This document shows positions 52,736 through 62,244 of a stretch of 64,000 bases of DNA, in pieces. The notes under the pieces are model-generated. The model was not told the origin of the DNA, ran no database searches, and saw nothing but the letters and a program-made list of their open reading frames with translations. Origin of the DNA: Dudresnaya verticillata (taxonomy: Eukaryota); contig OZ374566.1 in the NCBI GenBank assembly GCA_977862235.1, positions 558,001-622,000 on the forward strand. Direction: 5' to 3'. Within the stretch, counting starts at the first letter, position 1. Each line of letters opens with the position of its first letter. The position numbers were made by a program, and so were the translations under genes.

Positions 52736-54271
52736 CAGTAGCAAGTGGAGCTCAAATGGAAAAGTGTGAAGAGGTCTGCTTCACCTCCACAATGAGGGAA
52801 GGTGGTCCATTATTGGTCATTGCTGCCACTACTTTAACGTCTTTTCATTGGCCAAAGAGTGGTCGAGTGGTTGAGTGTCACGTCCCGAATCCACACGGTG
52901 GGTATACACTCCGCCAAGTCCGAAAGCCCCCATGCCACACCAATCACCGCTCATACTGTACAGTACAGTACTGTATCATATGAGAAAGATGTTCTTCCCC
53001 CGTTTCCACAAACGAAACCCCGGCACACGAGTCTATCTCTCTTTCATCTCTCTCACTTTCAACGCTTGTCCACCCACTTCCTCTCCAAGGCTCCTACGTA
53101 TAGAACAGTACCATTCTCCCCGGCACCATATGGCCACGATCAACGACGACGCTGCCCCATCAGACCATGATGAATCCTTTACTGCAACTCAGACAGCTAT
53201 TGATTCCGATACTCCGTCCAGAGCTCAAACGGTGCACCCGGAGCATCGGTTAGACCCTAAGAGAATCGAGGCCGGAGCCACCCAGGTGCATGCGCCCGAA
53301 AGTGGACGACGGCGCACCGGCAGTCACCAATCTGTACCAGCCACCCCGACCCAGGCCAAAACCGCGGCGCGAGACGTGTCCGCTTCTGTACCCCCAACCA
53401 CATGCGAAGCACTGCCCAGGCTTTGCAGAGGTTGTGTTACATCCAGCTTACAGTCTCGAGGAGGAGGTCACGCTCGTGGTAGAGGCCGCGGACGTTCTGC
53501 AGGCGGCAACAGCGAAGAATCCAGCATCGGAGGCGATGTTCTACCCAGAAGAGAGCATGAGAGATTGAGAGCATTAGGAAAGGCACGGAAAAGGAAACGT
53601 ATTTATTTCTTTAACAGTTCCGATGGCATTAAGCTCCGCATGGTGGTCCCGGGCCATATGCCGAAGCAAGGCAAAGTTTTATACTGCGTAATGTGCGGAC
53701 AAAACAAACCGCCGTGGAGGGGTCACCGGTCATCGTACAGTTGCCCTGTTTGCAGTGTGACGTTGTGCACTCGGACATATGCAGGGTTAAGAGAAAGCTG
53801 TTGGAGTCTGTGGCACTCTCAGAAAAGTTTAAAGCTTCGCCAAACACCGAGGGTAGGTAAGAGCGGTAGCTGTTCAAATGATGATCCCGGGCGTGGCGTC
53901 GATGGTGAGGGAGGGGAACAGCAACCTGAACCGCCTGTCGAAACGCCTGCTCGAACACCTGTCCGTACTTCCGGTGTTGCAGTCACTCATAGAAATAGTA
54001 GTGCAAAAAATGAAGCGCCGGACACAGCACGTAGGTCCGAAGCATGAAGTCGATTGTCAGAGAATGTGGCCTTAACACCTATCTAGAGCGGGGAAGGACC
54101 CTCTTCACCGCCTCGCTGATTGAAATGTAAAATGTGAAGGGGCGGCTGAGTGCCCTCTTCTATTTGGATTATTGATCGCTATACTGATGATGAAGTGGAA
54201 GAAGGGGGGAAACGAACTCAAGAGGGCTGCTTCACGAGAATTTGGAAGCCGCTCCATACGCCGGACTACTG
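52736..54271 (+). mobile_element. Non-autonomous DNA-transposon derivative; its ORF (to 54047) keeps a piggyBac-like C-terminal Cys-rich domain but no DDD core
   Basis: HMP...CVMC...SYSCPVCSVTLC...CWSLWH at about 53655-53820; boundaries are tentative, based on TA-flanked CAGTAG...TGGAGC...CAAAT loosely mirrored at 54240-54271. Confidence 0.6.
52825..52894 (+). repeat. Dispersed repeat copy 2, upstream of the piggyBac-like ORF
   Basis: About 83% identical by eye to the reverse complement of 18591-18661. Confidence 0.75.
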
Positions 54272-54368
54272 TATGTACAGTATGTATGGCGCTAGAGAAT
54301 AATCTGATCAGTATAGTGATCAATAAATCACGTCAACATACGGCACGGGGTGAAGGGGTTCCAGATCC

Positions 54369-54480
54369 TGGACATCGGGAAAGACTAACATGTTACGTCG
54401 ACTTCACGAGGAAATCTTCTCTGCCGTTCAACCGTGAATTCCGTCTGATCCTTAATGTCGCCGTCGGAGGTAGATTCCTA
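54369..54480 (+). pseudogene. Glycoside hydrolase family 16 C-terminal gene fragment
   Basis: RLTCYVD...PFNREFRLILNVAVGG matches the GH16 pattern I.WYVDG...PFDQ.FYLILN.AVGG; no ExDxxE catalytic motif or start codon seen. Confidence 0.6.
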
Positions 54481-54833
54481 GAGGACCGCTCGATAGGTAA
54501 AATTTTACCTTTGGGATTGCGCTTCGAGGATGCCCAGGGGCGTAGTACAGTAGTCCTGTACGATATCCCTCGAGGGAACGGTACCGAATCAAATCCCATC
54601 TGACTTTCTGTATGGTCTCGTATACGTCGTCCCAAACGTGGCTGTTTCGCTCCTGGCCAGAGAAGCTTCATCAGAAAACGGAGCAGGTTTTGAGTAACCG
54701 TTATGTCCTGCTTCTATTTGTTAGTAGCCTCAAAAAAGACCGACGCCTGTAATGTACTACTAACTTGTATTCCGCTTGTTCTGACCTGACGATACACAAT
54801 CGCACGCCAAGGTAGGCTGCGGCGTTGACCCCA

Positions 54834-56598
54834 ATGCATCGACGGAGAGCGAAGACCCCAAGTGGCGATGATTGCAATACAGGCAAGGTAGTGGTGCAAG
54901 ATGTAAGGGGTTCGGAAACTTCACCCAGCCGACGATTCCTCAAGCGAAGATCCGATAGCATCGTCACTGCGCTCTTCACCCTGATCGCACTAGCAACTCG
55001 TTTCTACCGTATTCAGCTGCCCCCAGCGTATGTACCCGCCTTCGACACCCGTGCCATCCAATCCTAGTGCGTGTATTGAAGCCATCAATGTTTTGTGTTT
55101 TCTCTAACCAGTTTTCGGACATCTCGCTTCTGCTCGTGTGCGCGTTCCATCGCAAACCGCAGCGTGGTCTTTGACGAATTGCATTTCTCGAAATTCACGG
55201 ATCGAATACTCACCCAGACATGTAGGTGTTCTTTTCCATAGTTGTTTTGTTAAGCCATGAGCGGTCGCAATATCTGTGTCTAACCCTTTTGATGCTCACT
55301 GTCCACGCACACACAAAGGGTTTTTTGACATCCATCCGCCTTTGGGAAAGCTAATTCTCTCGTACACGAGCTATGTTCTCGGCTACAGAGCCGATCCGTC
55401 CTTCGTGATTGAAAAAATCGGTTCTGAGTATCCAGCCCATGTCAAGTACTACATTGTGCGAAGTGTCTCGGCGGCTTTCAGCGTGGGGACGGTTCCGTTG
55501 ACATACATTATTGCTCGAAAGCTGGACATCTCCACCGTCAGTTCCGCTGTTTCGACCACATGTGTTCTCCTTGATTTCTTGGGTGTCATAGAGGGGCGCC
55601 TTATCCTCTTGGACTCTCAACTCCTGTTCTTCTGCCAGCTGACTCTTCTCTTTGCCCTCCATCTGTGGCAGACCCGTCCTAGAACACGGCAACGAGCAGT
55701 TTGGCTATTTCTGACTGGGGCTACGGCTGGTACGGCTCTGTCTATCAAGCACACAGCACTCGCAACTCCTGGTCTCATCGCCGTGGTATCCTTCTTCGGA
55801 CTGCATTTTCTGTCGGATCCGCTTGATCTCGTAGAGTGTCTGTATGCTGCGATATGCGGGTTCGCGGTATACGCAGCGTTCTTTTTTGTGTCATTCAACG
55901 TTTTGTGGAAGACCGGAGGGAAGTACGACAATTTCATGCCGTTGCACTTTAGGAAGACGCTTATCGGAGCAGACTCGTTTGACCCGACTGCGAAACGTGT
56001 TTCATTTCCGCGTTTGTTCTTTTATATTAACAAGCGGATGATAACAAGCAATGCCGGGATCAAGAAGCGGCACTCCTGGGAGTCAGACTGGTACCATTGG
56101 ATTGTCAACTGGCGCGGTGTGTTGTACTATGTACATCGGGGTATCGTCGACGGGAGAAATTCGAAGTCGATAATATACCTGATGGGAAACCCAGTCGTGA
56201 TTTACATGGCCCTGCTCAGCGTTGCTGCGTTTTGCTTAATGCTGGCCTTATCTGTGCGATATCGTAGGACACAGAGAAGTTGGTTGACCTCACGTAAGGC
56301 TATGTGGGCTCGTGGCAATGGTATATTTCTGCTGGCAGGATGGCTTTGCAACTTACTGCCGTACATCTTTGTTCACAGAGCAGCATTCATTTACCACTAC
56401 ATCCCAGCTTTGTTCTACGCGCAGCTGCTTTGTGGTTTCATGCTTGATCGGTTTCCGGTGAAATTGCGGAATATGGCAAGTACAGTCGCTATCGGAAGCA
56501 TGGCGGCTGCTTTCTGGTATTGGTCCGCATGGATATATGGGTTGCCGCTCTCTGAGCAGCAGCACAAAGCTCGTCAATGGTTGCCGCGGTGGACTTGA
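54834..56598 (+). CDS. PMT: Dolichyl-phosphate-mannose:protein O-mannosyltransferase (GT39), lacking MIR domains; 3 exons
   Basis: Exons 54834-55027, 55163-55221 and 55319-56598 give 510 aa with TRFYRI, VVFDELHF, FFDIHPPLGKL, RLILLDSQLLFF, HSWESDW, YLMGNP and FIYHYIPAL. Confidence 0.93.
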
Positions 56599-57384
56599 GC
56601 AAGGCATGTCGAAGAGATAGCTGTCGAAGGGTACCGAATGCACGTTCGAGCAGTTTAGTTTCACACAATTCCCCAACAAAGTTGGGGCTCTGCGAGAGGA
56701 TAATGATCTTGTTCTAAAGGCTCGGATAGAAGTCAAGTTCTGATCGTCGTTCTGACTATGCTGCCCGAGTCGCAGTCACATCGGGCAGTGCCGATAGACG
56801 TAAAGCCCTTTGTCGCAGGGACTGTACAAAATTGCTGCAAGATCCAAGAATTACGCTAGATATGAGCCCGCAGAAGACTTCCCGATTATCCATTTGAAAT
56901 ATCCACATTTCGCTGTTTGCAGCACTCACATGAACCAAGTTGCAGCAGCATCGGGCATGCGCATTGTGTGTTTGCGTTCCTGGTTGAAGTGAAAAACAAA
57001 GAGCCTGCCCTCGACGAAGATATCCTTGTACGGTATCACTGTGATAATCACATCTTATTGCCGATGTCAAGTATCACGCCGGGCCAACCACATCCTAGAA
57101 GCACTTGCAAATTGTGTGCCCCACGTCGGTAATATTTTAGGTACGTGTTTTTTCACGAAATTAAACTTGCCTTCAATTTTGGCGGGAAGCAGAAAAGGAT
57201 CCTCCATTTGCCGACCAGAACCAAAAAAGCCTGTCTTTCAGTAGGGCCCTTTCCGCCCATTGCTTCAGGCTTGCAACCAGCATTTCGTCGGAGCAAGACC
57301 ACTCGCGCCCCTAAATTGCTCCTCATCTTGTACATGTAGAAAGAGCACGTTGGAAGGCTGGTAGACTTCTTCACCATCCGATCC

Positions 57385-58266
57385 ATGTCCTTCGACGATG
57401 GAAAGCTCGTGACACTGTCCGACTCGTCTGATGACATTGGCATTTTGTCTGACTTTAAGAAGCAGGTACCGAGCCGCCAAATAGAGCCGAACAGCTCCAC
57501 AAACCTCTACAACTCAGAGGAAGCGGACGAGCCTGACTGGGTTCGCGATTTTACCCCGCAGTCAAAGAACAATGTTGACCAGAAGGCGGCCTTTCTGGCA
57601 TCTCTTGAGGACGAATCCGACGATGACAGTGTAATCAACCTCATCTCTCAAGACCCGAAGCCCACAGACACCAAATCGAAGTCTGGCGGGAGCGAACAAA
57701 CTAAGAAGGTGGCCGAACCACAGCATTCCTTGTCAACTACGAAGCGGGCTCGGGCGCCGTTGAAACCGAAGAGCAAGCTTCCTCTGGTTGTTGCTCCCAA
57801 ACTTGACGACTCTCTGGTTCTTCTTCAGAGCGTTGGTGGTGATTTAGATCTTGGTGGGGACGTTGGTGCAGTAGGAAGAGTCAAGCTGCAAGACGGAACG
57901 CTGTTCTTGGATATCAAAGGAATTGTGTATCGTGCAAGCGTGAGCCCTTGTAATACCCTATGTGTGGTCTCCGTCGGAGAGGATGAAGCACGCGTCACTT
58001 CAGTGCTTGACGAAGTCGTAACATTGCAAAGCGAACGAAATCTCTTCGCATCAGATGAGATCGTAGTGCAAGGGGATCTTAACGAAGAGCCTGATCAGGA
58101 TAACCACACACCAATGGACAACAGTGCCGAGGGAAAGGAGACAGAGCCTCCATTGAAGAAAAAGAAGTCTAGCGAAATGAATGGAAAGGCAAGGGCTGGT
58201 TCCTCGAAAGGCAGAGGAACCAAAGGTCCCAAGTCTGGGGGCAGACCATCGCGTCAGAAGAAATAG
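57385..58266 (+). CDS. BIN4: BIN4/MIDGET-like DNA topoisomerase VI accessory subunit
   Basis: PDWVRDF; LPLVV...LDLGGDVGAVGRV...LFLDIKGIVYRA...TLCVVSVGEDEARV matches the conserved BIN4 domain as I recall it; basic C-terminal tail. Confidence 0.8.
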   Translation: MSFDDGKLVTLSDSSDDIGILSDFKKQVPSRQIEPNSSTNLYNSEEADEPDWVRDFTPQSKNNVDQKAAFLASLEDESDDDSVINLISQDPKPTDTKSKSGGSEQTKKVAEPQHSLSTTKRARAPLKPKSKLPLVVAPKLDDSLVLLQSVGGDLDLGGDVGAVGRVKLQDGTLFLDIKGIVYRASVSPCNTLCVVSVGEDEARVTSVLDEVVTLQSERNLFASDEIVVQGDLNEEPDQDNHTPMDNSAEGKETEPPLKKKKSSEMNGKARAGSSKGRGTKGPKSGGRPSRQKK

Positions 58267-58341
58267 TACAGTTGCTTTTACTCGCTCATTTTCCTAACTT
58301 CAACAATATACATATTATTGCGTTCGAACCAGTCCGTGCTG

Positions 58342-59430
58342 CTAGCAATACCCATCGATGGACTCAAAGTATCGAGTCCGCAGTGTATTAAGCGCATTCA
58401 CAAAAGACTTGCCTCCAGCAAAATGATCTTTTCCTTTACCGGGCCAGAGAACTCCGTCACAACCCTCTTGTTCCTTCCCTCTCTGAAGTTGCCCCTCATC
58501 CCTCGCCGCACATTGTTGCTGATAGTCGACAATAATGTTGACAAAATCCCAAGTGGTCAGGTCCGGCCACAATACAGGGTAGAACGATAGTACTGCATCT
58601 GATGCTTCCCAGAGCAAAAAGTCACTCAGACGAGTTTCTCCGGACGTGCGCACGAGCAGCTGCGGGTACGGCGCCATAGCTTCCGCTCCCTTCGCGTAGC
58701 CAGTCGACAGGCACGCGCCCACAGTCGCCTCAGAGATGTGCTCCGGCTCCATCTCCCCAGCTCGGCAAGCCTCAGTGAGCTGACGCACAGCGGACGCGAT
58801 ATCATGCCGGGCAGTGTAGGCAAAGCATACGTTGAGCGTCGGACCGCCAACATAGTGCGCAGTATCTTGCATGACCTGGGCCATTACGGCACGCAGATCG
58901 CGTGGGATGAGGCTGAGATCACCAAGCACTCGGACTCTGACGCGGTTGGTGTGGATGACCTCGGCGCGATCTGCTAGGGTGTAAAACTTGTGCATTGCCA
59001 GCTGCATGATCTCATCGACCTCGCGGCGCGAGCGCTTGAAGTTCTCTATCGAGAAAGCGTACACCGTGACTGTCTGTACGCCCGCATCCAAGCACCACTG
59101 CAGTGACTCGATGAGTTTCTCTCCTCCGTGCGGATGACCTTCATACGCAGGTAGCCCTCCCTTCCGGGCCCAGCGGCGATTGCCATCCATGATGAAGGCC
59201 ACGTGCGACGGGATGGGGCCGCCCTCGCGCAGAGCTCGCAGTGCGATGGTGGCGAAGTATTGCGACCGGCAAAATAGAGAGATCAGAAGGTAGCAAAGCA
59301 GGAACGTTGCAACAAAAAGCCCGGCTTGGGCAGGTGACACAGCGAGCGGCAGTCGGGGCAGGGCATCCCGGAGAGATGCCGGGGAGCTTAGCGTCAAAAG
59401 GGACGCTGCAGAGGAGCCAAAGCCTCCCAT
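58342..59430 (-). CDS. cis-prenyltransferase (dehydrodolichyl diphosphate synthase-like)
   Basis: PSHVAFIMDGNRRWA, TVYAFSIENFKRS, LNVCFAY, LLVRTSGETRLSDFLLWE, VLWPD; N-terminal TM segment. Confidence 0.96.
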   Translation of the reverse strand: MGGFGSSAASLLTLSSPASLRDALPRLPLAVSPAQAGLFVATFLLCYLLISLFCRSQYFATIALRALREGGPIPSHVAFIMDGNRRWARKGGLPAYEGHPHGGEKLIESLQWCLDAGVQTVTVYAFSIENFKRSRREVDEIMQLAMHKFYTLADRAEVIHTNRVRVRVLGDLSLIPRDLRAVMAQVMQDTAHYVGGPTLNVCFAYTARHDIASAVRQLTEACRAGEMEPEHISEATVGACLSTGYAKGAEAMAPYPQLLVRTSGETRLSDFLLWEASDAVLSFYPVLWPDLTTWDFVNIIVDYQQQCAARDEGQLQRGKEQEGCDGVLWPGKGKDHFAGGKSFVNALNTLRTRYFESIDGYC

Positions 59431-60717
59431 GTGGAGTCTAGTGGAGCCGCGTACAAACCCAAGCTCGCAGAGTTTGTCGGCTTCCCACTGTGCACTCCTC
59501 GTTGCAAGCGGCTCTGGAAGGTTGCGGCACTTGCAAGCATCAAGAAGATCTCAGCGTGTCAGACAGAGCCGCGCACTGCCCTTCCGTTGCATGTGCAAGG
59601 GCACGAAGCATGACCCTCCCTTTGTAATACTTCTCGCTCTCAACGCCTACGCCCAGCTGCTGGTTCTCCCTGCTGCGGACGTACGGTACATGCGGATGTG
59701 GCAGCCGCCGCTGCAATGCTAACTCCGATGAGGATAAGGTCTGTAATGCTTGTTTCGTTTGGCCCGGCTTACAGTGCGGCGTTGATGTTTGAGTCAACAA
59801 GTTGGTTCGATCCTCCACCGGGGCAACGGATGGGCCACACGCTGTCTGAAGGGTCTCTACCCTGAAGGGTATCCCGAAGGGCAACAGCACAGGTGTGCAC
59901 ATTAGGAACGATCCTCGCAGGGTGGGCGGGTGGTCCATGAGACAGCCAGCAATGTCCGGAGAACACGGACGGAAATGAAAATGCAGGTGTACTGTAGGAG
60001 TTGTAAGTAGTTCATCTGCAGTATCAGTACTCGCTGAGTGTAACGCGAACGTGCGTGTTGCAGCGAAGAATATTTTCAGTGAGCTGCACACGAGCCCCTG
60101 CCGGAGCGCTGTTCTTTTCGGTGTATTGTTGGATGAGAAGAACAGCCGCCTGCGCGATACCTGCGGTGAAGCTTTCATCGGATTGCAGCCTCGGGACTGT
60201 TCGTGCCCAGCCTCGTTGGTAGCTTCAACCTGCTGCCCACCGCTGCTTTGCCAATGCCGTCTTGACTGCGTGAAGCACGCATATGGCTGTGTCGGTGTGG
60301 AACCTTCGAAACGTCAAGAAAAGCTCCCGGGGGGCATCTCACTACAACTCTTCGGCTGGCATCAGCATGTGTCTAATCCCTTTCCTGAAGATACACATCT
60401 ACAGAGCATGAGCCAACGAATCGAGAGTGCCAGTACTCAACTTACTATTAACCTCCGAACTGCGAAGCCAAAACTCATCCTCGCAGGCCAGGTTATTCTT
60501 ATTCTTCAAACCGAGCAAACGCATCGTGCCCGCGATGGTCCACCCGAACCGGGGATGTGGTTCACTTGTTAGAGTGCGTCGGGTGTACGACTGAGAACAG
60601 TTTTGGGCATCTCCCAATTGATAAGAGCAAATCAGGCCACTCGTTCCATGGCATAGTCACAAGGAAGCCCATGCTGTCGAACTTCGCTTGAGCCCAGCTT
60701 CGCTGGTCATTGCAATC

Positions 60718-62244
60718 ATGTCCTACGCCGTATCTCCACCTGCCATCCATCGCGGAGTCTCTCGTTTCGAACAGAGACATGACACCCGTTCCCTGGTCAG
60801 CTACGACCAAGTATTGAAGAAAGGTCGATTGGCCCAGACCTACCTGTATCACCCAAGTGTGTCGATTACCCGAACCATTACCACCCAGTACTTCGAGGAT
60901 CTGCTCCAAATCGTGCAAATGCGATTGCATTTATGGATTAAGCCCGCTTGCTTCAGGTGGCCTCTTGGTCTTTTGTTCAAAGTGCTGCTGTGGTGCGGAA
61001 TTATTGTGTTGCTTCCTTCGTCAATCATCGAGATTACCTGGACTGTTTTATTCTCCTACATCAGCTCAAGTTCAGCGAAGCAAATTGGGCTCATGGGCCA
61101 AGTCATGTTAAAGTATAAAGGTCGGGACTACGGTGCTGAGACTCTCACTATTTATGCTCAAGACGACGAGATGGCTTCGGCCATCCGCAGCGCTAGGCCG
61201 GTGATGCACGATGCTCTCGGATGGACATACGAGTTTCCAAGCGATGTTCCACCAGATCGAATCGCAGCAATAGGTCGCTGCTGGCGGATGGCGAATGATT
61301 TCAGGATGCGTATCACTTCGTTCCAACATTCAATAGAATGCGTTCCAGGACGGGGTGCCCGCCCGCTCACAGTTTCCGATATGTACATGAATGGGCGGTA
61401 TGAAATTACACGCAGAAGAGTATTTAAAGTGGTCAAGCCTTGTGTGAAGCTGCTGGACGTCTTAAACGAAGGTGTGGAAACAAAAAGCAGTGGAGGAGGA
61501 TTCAGGTTCAAAGCTATTATTGAGGGGGATCTCTTTCGTCAGTTTAGCCTACTGGCTCTCCGTGACCGTCTAATTCGTGATAATGAGGCTAGAGGCTTTG
61601 GAGCAAACCCAAATGCGATGAACCCTATGATCCGCTTCATGAAGATCTACATCCGTTCCTGGGCTCAGGCTGCTGGGCTAGTCGGCGGACATTTGTTGTT
61701 TTCGGACAGTCCTCTCTTGGAGCGGACAGCATTTGCTTTGACGTTCGGGTTGATTATTTCTGAAATGTGGGTCACTTCAAGCGCACATGGAATCGAACTA
61801 CCGGTCGGAACAAAGCACGGCTCTCCTTGGCAAACGGATCACGAAGCCTGGATTCGGTTCCGCGAGAGACAGGCACCGTTTTCTTCGGATATGTCGCCAC
61901 AGAATTCCTGTTTCCTGCGGCACAGACCAGATGGAGTACTTGATATCCCTCCGGTGCGTATGGATGAACTTGCCATTGTGCATGGCGTATTGGTCACTAG
62001 AAAAGGTCGGGCCTTTTTGCGCGACGGTTACGATTTATACACAGCAAACGTGAGACGACTCATGCTTTCCAGAACGCTTTGTATTGAGGACTGGAAGCTA
62101 GTAGGCAATGAAGATGCCATCGAAGACGTGGAAACGGGAAATCTGGACACTGCACATGAACGCGCCAGTGCAGAGGATCTACATTTGCTTTTCCACAGTG
62201 ACATGGTTGTAGGGTGCCAGGAAAGCTTCGGACAGCAAGAGTAG
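60718..62244 (+). CDS. Unknown membrane protein, paralog B
   Basis: About 508-aa ORF from ATG 60718; shares DRIAAIGRCWRMANDFR, EGDLFRQFSLLALRDRL and DIPPVR with paralog A. Confidence 0.88.
   Translation: MSYAVSPPAIHRGVSRFEQRHDTRSLVSYDQVLKKGRLAQTYLYHPSVSITRTITTQYFEDLLQIVQMRLHLWIKPACFRWPLGLLFKVLLWCGIIVLLPSSIIEITWTVLFSYISSSSAKQIGLMGQVMLKYKGRDYGAETLTIYAQDDEMASAIRSARPVMHDALGWTYEFPSDVPPDRIAAIGRCWRMANDFRMRITSFQHSIECVPGRGARPLTVSDMYMNGRYEITRRRVFKVVKPCVKLLDVLNEGVETKSSGGGFRFKAIIEGDLFRQFSLLALRDRLIRDNEARGFGANPNAMNPMIRFMKIYIRSWAQAAGLVGGHLLFSDSPLLERTAFALTFGLIISEMWVTSSAHGIELPVGTKHGSPWQTDHEAWIRFRERQAPFSSDMSPQNSCFLRHRPDGVLDIPPVRMDELAIVHGVLVTRKGRAFLRDGYDLYTANVRRLMLSRTLCIEDWKLVGNEDAIEDVETGNLDTAHERASAEDLHLLFHSDMVVGCQESFGQQE

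Noticed and set aside
56756..57070. ORF with GYLRRGQAL, a TPR-like phrase
   Set aside because: A single short match in an otherwise unnatural sequence between PMT and BIN4
59540..60572. 212-aa and 173-aa overlapping ORFs upstream of the cis-prenyltransferase
   Set aside because: No motifs and atypical composition; treated as intergenic or decayed sequence
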